A stretch of DNA of 20,491 nt, from positions 250,306,020-250,326,510 of the forward strand of contig JANKJI020000002.1 of the NCBI GenBank assembly GCA_024626585.2, given 5' to 3'. This DNA is from Ginkgo biloba. Its lineage: Eukaryota; Plantae; Ginkgophyta. The position numbers and the translations under genes were made by a program. Positions 1 to 11,377 of the stretch are shown here, piece after piece (the stretch's first letter is position 1; each line of letters begins with the position of its first letter). The notes beneath the pieces are model-generated. The model saw only the letters and a list, made by a program, of their open reading frames with translations, was not told the DNA's origin and made no database searches.

Positions 1-1026
1 ATTATTGAGAAGAGACAACCAAGAAAAAACTACATTAAGAGAGTAAAAGGGAAGAAACATTACTCAAGTATGTTATTCCTTTATAAGAGACACTAATAAT
101 AGATCATCTAAAAAGTTTTATGTTATTGGATTTAGTAATACTAAATCCATGAATATAATTGGCGATGTTACTTCTTAGAGGTAGAAGAGAGTAGAAGCAT
201 GTCATCCATGGTATGATATCTACTTAGAAAGAGCTTTCATTTATCCACATTATCCCATCATCAAAATCATTTTTATATCAAACTCTTGTTCCATTTCTTT
301 CCAAGGTTGAGGGTTTTTCATTTATATTAATTATCTAATATTATAACCCCTTTTGTATCTCTAGCATATACATTTATATTTTTTGTTGTATATATTTACT
401 TATAGATTCCATTTCACTCTATTAAATTATTGAGAAGATAAAATCAAGAAAAAACTATATTAAGAGAGTAAAAGGGAAGAATCCTTACTTAAGTATGTTA
501 TTCCTTTATAAGACACACTAATAATACCTCATCCATAAAGTTTTATATTATTGGATTTGGTAATACTAAATCCATGAATATAATCGGTGATGTTACTTAT
601 TAGAGGTAGAAGAGAGTAGAAACATTTCATCCATGTCATGATATCTACTTAGAAAGGGATTTTATTTATCCACATTATCCCATCATCAAAATCATTTTTA
701 TATAAAACTCTTGTTCCATTTGCTTTCCAAGGTTTAGGGTTTCTCATTTATATTAATTATCTAATATTATAACCACTTTTGTATCTCTAGCATATACATT
801 TATCTTGTTTGTTGTATAACTTTACTTATAGATTCCATTTCACTTTGTTGAATTATTGAGAAGAGACAATCAATAAAAAACTACATTAAAAGAGTAAAAG
901 GGAAGAATAATTACTCAAGTATGTTATTAATTTATAAGAAACACTAATAATACATCATCCATAAAGTTTTATATTATTAGATTTGGTAATACTAAATCCA
1001 TGCATATAATTGGTGATGTTACTTCT
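1..1026. repeat. Tandem direct repeat, 425-426-bp unit, about 2.4 copies visible (may extend left of the window)
   Basis: ATTATTGAGAAGA...GAGTAAAAGGGAAGA...AAGTATGTTATT recurs at 1, 426 and 852. The units are colinear with scattered substitutions and small indels. The third copy breaks off after GATGTTACTTCTT at ~1026. Confidence 0.97.
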
Positions 1027-1035
1027 TTGATACCA
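1025..1035 (-). promoter_or_regulatory. Possible degenerate tRNA-iMet primer-binding site of an LTR retrotransposon
   Basis: The minus strand reads TGGTATCAAAG against the canonical plant PBS TGGTATCAGAG(C). It sits exactly where the tandem repeat ends, but there is no adjacent TG..CA LTR end. Confidence 0.2.
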
Positions 1036-1675
1036 AAATTCTCCATGTTTATCAATTATATCGATAACTCCCCCACTAAAATTAGTAAATTCTATCTATC
1101 TATATAATCTTTCTATCACTTTTTTTTAGATTTTTCCACTCATTTTTATATTTACAAAGTACTCCATACCTTTTCCCATTATACCATACCTTTTCTCTAT
1201 TGTATTGCTCATTTTCCGCTTTATGATATACTATTTCCTACTCACATCATGTATTTGTTTAATTGGCATGTCATACATTTTATTTTATATCATACCTTTC
1301 CTTAACCATTATATTAGTCATAAGAAGATGATTTCAAGAGTATAAAGTAGTTGAAAAATAGAATCTCGGATGAAAAGTTATGCCAATTTCTTTTACAGGG
1401 TATCAAATTAATTTATTTTACTTTTATCTTATTCTATTTATTTTTCATATATTTGTGTCCCATTTTAAAATTAAAATAATAGAAAAATTAGGGTTTGAGT
1501 TAGGAAAAGATATAAAATTCCCTTTTCCTTTTCATTCATCATCCAAATTTAATAAAAATACAAACCCTCCCTCTCNNNNNNNNNNNNNNNNNNNNNNNNN
1601 NNNNNNNNNNNNNNNNNNNNNNNNNNNNNNNNNNNNNNNNNNNNNNNNNNNNNNNNNNNNNNNNNNNNNNNNNNN

Positions 1676-3957
1676 CATGGCAGGATCCCGAGGACTCAGT
1701 CCTTGTGGTTCCACCTTTTGCATCCCTTTCTTCTAATTAGAGATGGGATAATGGGTGTGATGTTGTGGACCATTTCACAAGAAGGTTACACAATCTTGAT
1801 TTAAGATGTTGTAGTGTTTCTTCAACAGTGTACTTCAAATATAGATGTTGCTCTTCCGAAATATTGCTTTAACACATCCTTGAGCTGTCAATATCGAAGG
1901 AGTTCATCTATAGTGCCCCCCCAACTCTGTTTTATCCAAAAAAAACATACAATCTATTCTTGATAGTAGGCCGGTGCCATGGAGCAACTGTAAAAGGTGA
2001 TGGTTGCAGTTTCAGCAACAAAGGGAAGACAATGGCAACATGCCCAACAAATTTGGAGAACAGTTGGAATGTGAGTTCCAACAGTGACCAACATCTGCAA
2101 GTGAGTTGGTCATGTAGTGGTCCCTTCATAATCCCCTTACTTAGCATGAGAATAATATTTTCTTGCACTCTGACCTTGTATGTGATTGGTTGCAGTAAAT
2201 CTCTTCTTCCTGGCACCGCAATTCAGTTTCTTTTTTCCCACTTTGGCAGTGCTTTGAATGTTAATATGATGTTGACTTCCCTGGTGACTTTGCATCTTAT
2301 CATGTAGCTTTACCTTTCACCGATTTCTTCAATTCCTTAGAAAATTTTAACGCCTTGGCTTTCTTTTGCACGGACTCTTCCTATCCTTTTTCTTTCTCTT
2401 TCCTCCATTCTTCATCACCCTTGACCTACACTTTGTCAATTTTATGAGGATTAAGAACGTTTGTATCTTTTCCTAGAGGATCTTTTCCTCCATCAGCGCT
2501 AGCTGGATTTTGAGTAGCACCACCCTATGTCTTCTTTGCTAAAGTGTTTTCTTACAGAGTTATTTTACTAGTCTCCTCTAGTCTCTTTCTCTTCTAATGT
2601 GTAGAAACACCTCCTATGTTCTCTTCCACACCCTATACCATTTGTTAAGAGCGTGTTCTATGGCTTTCCTCCTCATAGAGCTTGGCCTTCCCCTTGATGT
2701 CTTTCTTCACCTTGTTAGAATCAACGATATCATCTCATTCTCCGTATTAGGAATGATCATACTCTTTATCATCTCTATTAAAATAATGTAAATTTATTGA
2801 ATCTAAATTAGAATATTTTGGGAGATTTTCCATATTCTCTTCATCACGAAAATCTCCTACAACATGAGAGGTTCTTTTCCTATTTACTTCCTCAAGCAAA
2901 AGTTCTTTTTTACCTTGAATTGTTTGCTCCCAACGAATAAATGCATCATTTCCTTCCTCCTCGTCACATGGTTGATAAAAATCCATCAACCTAAAAGTTT
3001 TGTGAAAGGATCATGTTACTCTCTTAGGGTCATGAAATTGCCCATTTTCAAAATCTCCCAAGAGCCATCCTAAAAATCATACTTACTATCCACATACCTT
3101 TTACACACCCCATAAAACATTTCATTCCACAAATATCTATGCCTTCCTTCTTCATATCCCTTGGGGTCCTCTTATGACTATCCCAAAATTTGAGGTTAAA
3201 AAGTGCTCAATTGACAAGCCACCTCCTCAAAGACACCATTTATAGACAAATACTTGGGCAATTTTTCAAATGACCTGGGACATGCATATATTTTTATCAT
3301 GGTATACATATCTCATTAAAAAATATACCCTAGATAATTATCAATCATACTCATTTTAATTTCGTCTAAGACTCTCTAAGAGGTATGACCTCTAGCTCTT
3401 TGAAGATGATTTGAAATATTGCCATAAAGATTAATGATTTTTAATTTCCTCTTTTTATACTCTAGTTTGAGATTCCACTCATGAAATAATTTCTTAAGAA
3501 TGAATGAATGGGGCTACCCATGTTGTTTCTTGATCAAAATGTGCCTTAGTACTAATGACTTCAATAAAGTAATAACTAACAATGCAGAAGAATGTCAAAA
3601 TTTATTTTTCCTTTCTGTACACACCAAATGCATATCAGAAAGGATTTTCTTAGGATAAAATTATGGAGAATTATATTTGTCATCACATTAGAGAGNNNNN
3701 NNNNNACATGATTCTCAACCACTCAAATGTAGTTAAAATCAATTTCTCTAAGAAACCTAATAAACTTCATAATTCCATTGTAATGCCTTCATAGGCTGCT
3801 TTGGCCACTTTAGACTAATTCACTTTGGCAATCATTGTCTCATTCACAAAAATCAAGCTTCTTGCATCAGTTATTAAATACTAATATTCTTTTTATAACT
3901 AAACCAATTTCTCTCCAATTCCATGTTCATTTTCGCCCTTAATTTAGAATCCCAAAT
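1676..3957 (-). pseudogene. Decayed uncharacterised ORF (copy 1), probably a retrotransposon accessory ORF, with a conserved core followed by a long charged, low-complexity C-terminal region
   Basis: Manual translation of 3306-3153 gives YTMIKIYACPRSFEKLPKYLSINGVFEEVACQLSTF/NLKFWDSHKRTPRDM (one frameshift), homologous to 12649-12497. It is followed by the acidic ORF 2747-2989 and a K/E-rich frame (KRKRLEETSK...KGDEEWRKEKEKG*EESVQKKAKALKFSKELKK) whose stops fit C>T changes. The boundaries, especially 1676-2300, are approximate. Confidence 0.55.
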
Positions 3958-5949
3958 NNNNNNNNNNNNNNNNNNNNNNNNNNNNNNNNNNNNNNNNNNN
4001 NNNNNNNNNNNNNNNNNNNNNNNNNNNNNNNNNNNNNNNNNNNNNNNNNNNNNNNNNCACCTTTTAATTTTTTGTCAAATTAACTATAGGAAATTTTAAA
4101 TTTTGAATAAAACCACAACAAAATCTTCCCACTACCACGTGGCCTCTTCAAACTCAAAAAATTGGATTGTGAGGCTGTGTAACTCCTAAAAACCCTGTGC
4201 ATCTACTAAGGTAGACAATTCTTGATCATCAAAGTTCTATAAAAAAATTGAATCTTACACAAGGAGACACAAATATAGAGTGTGAATCTCTTGACTATGT
4301 GAGCCAGCTATTGGAAAATGCATCTTGCAGGTATAATAAAGGGGTCATTGGTTGCATTACATATGTTGAACTATGGCTATAACAAAGAGATCCAATTTGA
4401 TTTCTTTTCATAGACAATGATAGATTCTAAAAATTCAAGGAGACGATCGCCCAACCTCTATGCACATCCCACTACTGATGGAAATAAAAAAAAACTCCCA
4501 CACACAAAGGACATAATGAATGTGTGATCTATGTCTTCAAAAAGGAATTATAAGCAATCACTCAGACCGAAATACTAGCATTAGAAAAATTAGAGGAGGA
4601 AGCTCGCCCATGTTCTACGAGGCCAAAAGGAGGTTTAAAACGAAACACAAGAGTGTATAATAGTATCTATAGAGAGATCCTCAATACTAGAATAGGGGAT
4701 TGAGGTTCATATTGGGCAGTATGCTACCAAGTGGATGATTGGGTCTGAATATATTTTATTTGTTGTGAAATATAGCACAAAGGGCACTCACAATAGAAGA
4801 TTCAAGCATGCATCAGGGTATTAGGATATTAGAATGGGCATGATAATGAAGTGGAATAACCACAAAATTCATAATAAATGATAGGAGAGAAGACAGAATG
4901 GAAATACCTCAAGGTAGGAGAAGCATAGACATAAGTAAATCAGGACCATGATGGTGTAGCTCCTTTACCACTCTTCTCTCTACAGTTTCCTCCAACCATC
5001 TCCTAGTATTTTTTTGAACCCTTGGGCACATCACAATGGCCCATTTTATAATTTTGAAATCCCAACTAATGTAAATTAAAAAATTGTTGGACATGCCAAG
5101 AAAAGTGGAGAGAGAATAACCTTTGGTTCCAATCACCTTTAATATGACCCTGAGCCTCCAGGAAAAAGGGCTAACTAAGTTAAAAAAAAATGTTTTGGAT
5201 GATTTTTAGGAAAAAATAAAATGGAAAGAGGATATAATACCCATGCTAGAAAATCCTCCTTAACTTCGAAAACTCTAGAGGAAAGTAGAGCTTGCCAAAA
5301 TAAGNNNNNNNNNNNNNNNNNNNNNNNNNNNNNNNNNNNNNNNNNNNNNNNNNNNNNNNNNNNNNNNNNNNNNNNNNNNNNNNNNNNNNNNNNNNNNNNN
5401 NNNNGTAAGTCAACCTCAAACTATCTTACAATTAACCCATTTAATTGAGGTTCATAGTAGCACCTTTGGGAAATCCAAAAATATAATTTAACTAAATCAT
5501 ATTGACAATTGAAACATAACTCTCAATAACCATTATCGATTCATCAATAATGGAATCATCTTGCTCAAAATACATGTATCTTCTAACAACATTTTTTAAG
5601 TTACCCTCAATTGAATCAATATGGCCAAATTCAAGGGATATTTCAACATTGTTTCTTAGATTATCATCAATGGAATCCCTTAGAATAAATCCAAAGGAAT
5701 TCCTAAATGGACATACCCCCATTCCCTCTCCTCTACATCGATGCATATCATGTAAGGAAAAGGGAATTTTTTAATCATTCATTTAAATTATCATAATTTA
5801 TTTTTGTATGGTTATGGTTTTATTTACTCATACACATATTCTTGTTTTGAACATATACTCTTATTTTTTTATCAAGTATGCACACAAAAGTATCATTTCA
5901 TCTTATTTTTTTTTATAGGTTGGGGGATTTATCACACTCCAAACATTAT

Positions 5950-6817
5950 AAATTTAAGAGAATATCCTCTCATTCTTTTGAATACTATTCAAGCTCATAA
6001 CTTAGATCTTACTTACAATTTGATTTCGGAGATCATAATGAAGCAGTTCAATTTTCCAACAAATATACATCCATCACCTTACACTTTGGGTTGGTTGAGC
6101 AAAGAAGGAGAGAACATAATAAACATATAGTACAAGTTCAATTTTTCCATATCTAAGGATTTAATTGATGAAATTAAGCATGATGTTATGCCATTAGATG
6201 TATATAAGGTCATCTTCATAAGCCCATATTTATGGGACAGAGATATAGAATTCAAAAGAAGGTTGAATTAATATCTATTAGTTAAAGGAGGATATGCATA
6301 TTTAATCAAGGCTAAGGGGATATTATATTCATTTTCTCTTATCATAGTTACATGAGTGAAGAGGCGTATAAATGCCTCTCAAATATATATTGTGTATATT
6401 GAGACCCACAAAGTTCCATTTAACAGATGATGATAGCANNNNNNNNNNNNNNNNNNGATATAACATAGTAAGAAAATTTTAATAACATACTCTAGAGATA
6501 GGCTAGTGTATTTAAAGAACTAAAAATAATTCCTCCTAAGAGATCCATCGAGGAAAACATCAAATTGTAGTAAGGGGTTGTCTTATCCAGTTTACCTCTC
6601 TATAGGAATTCTATCTTAGAGAATGATGAAATTAAGAAGTATCTCTAGGAATTATTAGATAAATGGAATGTCAATCCTAATACTTCACCATGTGAATCAT
6701 CAATAATCTTGGTTAACAAGAAGGATGGAACTTATAAAATATGTATAGACTACCAGATGTTGAACAAAATAACTATGAAGAATTAACATTATTTATCAAG
6801 GATTGAATACTTGTTAT
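5950..6817 (+). mobile_element. pol: Degenerate Ty3/gypsy (chromovirus-type) pol fragment: aspartic protease plus RT N-terminus
   Basis: The protease region reads NLISEIIMKQFNFPTNIHPSPYTLGWLSKEGE...DEIKHDVMPLDVYKVIFISPYLWDRD. The RT start reads IPPKRSIEENIKL...LYRNSILENDEIKKYL*ELLDK...SPCESSIILVNKKDGTYKICIDYQMLNKITMKN*HYLSRIEYLL. It has many stops and ends at the N-gap 6818-6917. Confidence 0.9.
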
Positions 6818-6917
6818 NNNNNNNNNNNNNNNNNNNNNNNNNNNNNNNNNNNNNNNNNNNNNNNNNNNNNNNNNNNNNNNNNNNNNNNNNNNNNNNNNNN
6901 NNNNNNNNNNNNNNNNN

Positions 6918-9758
6918 GATGAATATATCAAAAATATGTCCATCCATGTGAATAAGTGGGGTTACCTTGACCCATTTGAAAAAATATTATATGGAAATAA
7001 TAATAGACTTATGTTGATTCAAATATGGGGGGTGAAGAACACTAATAAGTTCTAATCCCCATTTTTTAAATGGCCATGAAGCAGAGATATTTTGAAGAGA
7101 CTACACAAGTGAATGAAACACATAATAATGTTATTAACATTTATGGAGTCTAAAAATATAGTCATGAACATCCAAAAGTATGGTTGTCCAATAGCATACC
7201 ATTCAAATAATATTTAGGGCATTAAGCTATCCATCAAAATGGTCCTAACAAATGATTTTATGAGACTCATATAAGAATTTTTAAGCCTCCTTTGGAGTAA
7301 GACATTGAATAAGTATTCCATATAAATACATTTTATAGAGAGAATTACTAAGAATGAGGTATTTATGTGTAGTGGCATATATTTATCTCTTTTATTTTGA
7401 AGAGGCTTCTTGTAGGCACTCTTGAGATTCAAGGTAGGAAACATTATCTTTATACCACTTGTATTCAACAATATCCCTATGATAAATCTAAGAGATATTT
7501 TTTTATAGTAAGGAATCATCCATGGGTTCATTATTATCATTAGGAATATATAAATATATGAGGTGTTCATTGATATCCATCCCTTTTTTAAATTTCTACT
7601 TAATAATAGTGAGGTTGACTTCATGGAGGAGGATGGATCACCTTCCAATCCTTCCACCATAATCGTGCTTGGAAAGAATAAATAAGATAATATTAGATTG
7701 AGGGAATATATATTTATGATAATTAAGTAAGTATTTTTAACTTCTTAGTCACAAAGACCAAGGCCAAGAACTATTTTTGAATAAGTGAATAATTAAGTTC
7801 ATATCTGGCCAAAGTCTTGTTGATGAAGTACACACATTATTTTTTCTTGCTATCATCTTTTTGTGCTAATCTTCCCTTGAGGGAGAATTTAGTTATGAAA
7901 GTTTAGAGTATAAATGATTTATAAATCAAGGTTATAATTAAATGGGAGTAGATGTGAGAGCCTCTTTTATTTTTTCAAATGCAGTATCAAACCATGGAGA
8001 CCATTGAAGAGGCATATATTTCTTCAATAGGTTAATAAGGCGATTGGATTTAAATGAAAACTTAGTAATGAAACTACATAAGTAACCTAATTTACCTAGA
8101 AAATATTTAATCCTCTCTCTAAGTTCTGGGTGGAGGCATTTCCATAATGGCCTTAACCTTGTCATAGTTAGGATCAATGCCTTTAAGGGAGACTAGATGC
8201 TTGATAATATTTTTATATGAGACTAGAAAGATAAACTTCTTGGATTTAGAATTAATTACTATTTTTAACATTGTTCAAATATGATGCAAATATTATCAAT
8301 ATGGCTGATCGCCTGTAGGACAATATTATAAGATTGTCAACATAATCCTATACAATTTTATTAATTAGGTCATGGAAGATGGATGCCATTACCCTTTGGT
8401 AAGTGGTGCCAGTATTTTTTAGCTTGAAAGGAATGACTCTATAAGAAAATGTACCCCAAGGAGTAGTGAAATAGGTTTTATGACAGTCCTTAGGAATGAT
8501 AAATATCTAATTATAACTAGATAATCTATCCATAAGTGACATGACCTTGAATAGTTTTGTTTGATCAAGAATTTGATCAATGAAAGGCAATGGGAAATTG
8601 TCTTTGGGGCATGCGTTATTTATATTACGAAAGTTGATGCAAATACGAATGACACCTCTTTTCTTCTTAGTCGACACAATGTTGGCAACCCATTGAAGAT
8701 AATCAATGGGTGTAGTAATGCCAACATTAACTAGTTTCTTGACCTCTTGTTTAATAGCAACTGAGATCGTATGGTTAACAGGGCATTAATGTTGGCGCAC
8801 AGGTTTAGTTCCTGTGTTAATGGTGATATTATGGGACACGACATCAGGATCCATCCCTTTCATGTTTGAATATTCCCAAGCAAAGATGTCAGAGAACTCG
8901 TGATAGAGTTTGGTGAATTCATTGATCTCACAAGGCGATGCAGTAGGCTCGAACTTGACAATCTTTGGAGTGGAGGCGATCTTCAAATCGACATTAATTG
9001 TCATCTCAATTGCCATGAGATTCCCTTCCTCAAAATTGGTTAGGAGCAAGTGGTAAGTCACTTGGCATGGAGGAGGAAGGGAAATCCAATGATTTGACTT
9101 CGAAAATAGAGCAAGATTGAACCATGTGAACATGGACAACATAGGGCTTAGGAGAGTGAGAGCTCTTGTCAGAAGAATTAAGAGGGTCATGACTAGAATC
9201 CTCCAGCAGAGAATGCTACTAAGGTTCAAAGGGAATTGGGTGACTGGTTGAAGGTGTGTTGCCCACTCGAAGATTTGGAGGCAGAGTCGTACCATCAATA
9301 AGGTTAGGCCCCCATTGCAAATATTGGAAAATTGCTCCAGGTAACTAGGAAGGTTGATAATATAAAGGGATGTGGCCCTCAAGTTGGTCAGACTAAGAAG
9401 ATTCTATTGTGTTGGATGGAACACTTGGTTGGTCCAGGTGCCCTTGGTTTAGGGTCAAGGGGTAGTGGGAGTCTATCATCATCTAAGATCTCCTTGTCAG
9501 GGAGGAAAAATTCCATAGGAGTAGCAGTGTCCTCTATATTAGCTCGGAAGAGGAGATCAGGGGACTCCTGGACATCTTGTTGTGTAACAGGTGTTGCAAT
9601 AAGATTGTAGATGTGTACCTGGGAGGACCTATTAAGGTCAACATCCTCTGAAGAAGCATCCAAACGACCGAGGTTAGAATCCTCGGCAAACAGATACTAG
9701 CCAAGACCAAGCCGAACAAAATCCTTGGTCCGGCAGGAATGATCGAGTGAAAACTTCT
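6918..9758 (-). mobile_element. pol: Degenerate Ty3/gypsy Tat-type pol: long pre-RT linker, RT, RNase H and integrase (zinc finger plus start of core)
   Basis: RT reads EFSDIFAWEYSNMKGMDPDVVSHNI...WVANIVSTKKKRGVIRICINFRNINNACPKDNFPLPFIDQ...FTTPWGTFSYRVIPFKLKNTGTTYQR, with the catalytic motif mutated to YVDN at 8333-8344. The RT/RH connection reads FLGKLGYL...WSPWFDTAFEKIKEALTSTP. The integrase reads WYKDNVSYL...WPFKKWGLELIS...KWVKVTPL near 6950-7460. The RT-RH-INT order is Ty3-type. Confidence 0.93.
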
Positions 9759-11118
9759 TGTTATAGTTATATAATTATCATAACATTAATCTTTATCAAT
9801 GTTCATAACTTTAAAATAGACTTGTAAGAGGAGATTTTCCTTTTATTGTGAATTTTCTTAGAGTTATGAATTGTATAATGACAAAATTTTAATTAATTTC
9901 CTAATTAAAATGAATAATTATAATAAGAGGTCAATTATATGGAATGAAATAATATGACTATTATTGTATGTGGAATACATAAACAATAATTTCATATAAC
10001 ATTGAAATCACATATTAAACTCCAATATTTGCAAATGATCCATTGCAAAGTCTATCTATTTAATATTCCTTAATATTATTTCATGTCATAGAGAATTGAT
10101 GTAAGAAGAAAATAATACTCTTTCTAATGAAAATAATACAAAGAATAATATCACACATACAGATAAAACTCCATTTCCTAGTGTCATATATTTATTCTTT
10201 TCTTGGATTAATAAGATGTACTTGGTCCCACCTTACTCTACATAGGTTTTCCTCTATAGTTTGATTTGAGAAATAGTAGATAATTAAGAGTGTGTAATAC
10301 ATTGTGCAAAAAATAGAAAAGTTCCATATAATTATCAATAATTTATCTATTATCTATGATTATAATGAGAAACTTTAGCCTCCAAGTAGTGCTAAGCCAT
10401 ATATAGGCCTCGCCCATCACCACACTATGTACTCTATTTAAAGAATATCCAAGTGGAGTTGAGGTAGTTGATAATGAAATATATGCTAATTGATTCAAAA
10501 AACCATTGATGAAATTAATTGGGTAAGTACTATAAAAAATATAAGAGTTAGTACTTTTTAATGTAAATATGGGTGTAATACATCAATTAAATATTCCTTC
10601 TAGAAAACTAGATTTTAGGTGGGAACGGCTAATATATGGAGGCCTTAAATGATTGCTAATTAAAGGAAGATATATGGTAATTAATATTAAAGGCATATTA
10701 AAAATAAGCATGGTATAATATATTTTTTAATACTTTTTTTAGATATATAATTTTAAATATCTATAAGAACTATACAAAAATTAATTAGTGGTGATAGAGC
10801 GTTGGGAATCTAGATCCATGTAAAATATATTTAAAGTATTATTTTACTTGATTCTTGGTAGAATTTGTTATTTATTTAAATATGTTTGAATACGAAAGAA
10901 ATAAGATACTCTAAATTTACAGAAATGGTATCTTTGGTAAGAATGTAGGATAATTAATACTTTAAAGTTTGTTGTTTCCCTAAGACAAAAATGAACCCTA
11001 AAAGAAATAAACTAGTATATCCTTAAGTCAAGAGAATAAGGAACCTTATAAGATTTAGTTAGGCTATAAAAGGATACATAATAAGTGAACCCAAGTTATA
11101 ACATACCTTCATAAGTCG

Positions 11119-11377
11119 TGTAGGAAAATTACCTACAAACTTGTTCAAGGTAAGATGTAATAGTTGAAGGAAAAGTTATGTTCATTATGGAAGAAGGTTA
11201 AGTTATCCACATCATAGTTAAAGGTGAAGTTTCTTACATCATTATTGAAGTTAAAGTTACCCTCAATGCATCTAAATTTAGAGTTAACTTTAGTATGATT
11301 TAGGGTAAGTTATCTTCAACATGACTGAAGGTAAGTTATCCTCGACATAAATGAAGGGAATTTACCTTTAGAATGGT
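11119..11377. repeat. Degenerate 26-27-bp minisatellite with an internal palindrome (approximate consensus TGAAGGTAAGTTACCTTCA plus 7-8 nt)
   Basis: Units start at 11165, 11192, 11219, 11246, 11273 (27-bp spacing) and at 11300, 11326, 11352 (26-bp spacing). Related copies occur at 11119 (TGTAGGAAAATTACCTACA) and as half-sites out to ~11510. Confidence 0.8.

Noticed and set aside
1160-1575. Short CATACCTTT repeats and single TAGGGTTT/AAACCCT telomere-like motifs
   Set aside because: They are isolated short matches that are common in AT-rich plant repeats, with no tandem telomeric array.
1810-1850. EETLQHL as a LINE zf-RVT motif
   Set aside because: The required upstream CxxC and the typical downstream C/W spacing are absent.
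4058-5304. Possible LTR or 5' regulatory region of ORF copy 1
   Set aside because: No TG..CA boundaries, second LTR copy, PBS or PPT could be identified in the window.
5492-5774. Overlapping short ORFs 5492-5746 (-) and 5550-5774 (+)
   Set aside because: They are short and have no recognisable motif, so they cannot be supported as genes.
7214-7660. 148-aa minus ORF as a stand-alone gene
   Set aside because: It is an off-frame reading of the RH-INT region. The real motifs (WYKDNVSYL etc.) lie in another, stop-interrupted frame.
8786-9382. 198-aa ORF with a hydrophobic N-terminal half suggesting a membrane protein
   Set aside because: Only the last ~80 aa (from about FEEGNL) are in the pol frame. 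The hydrophobic part appears to be an off-frame reading of the Ser/Pro-rich linker caused by a frameshift.
11119-11377. CRISPR-like appearance of palindromic repeats with spacers
   Set aside because: Spacers are only 7-8 nt and resemble each other, the repeats are highly degenerate, there are no cas genes, and the context is eukaryotic retrotransposon DNA.
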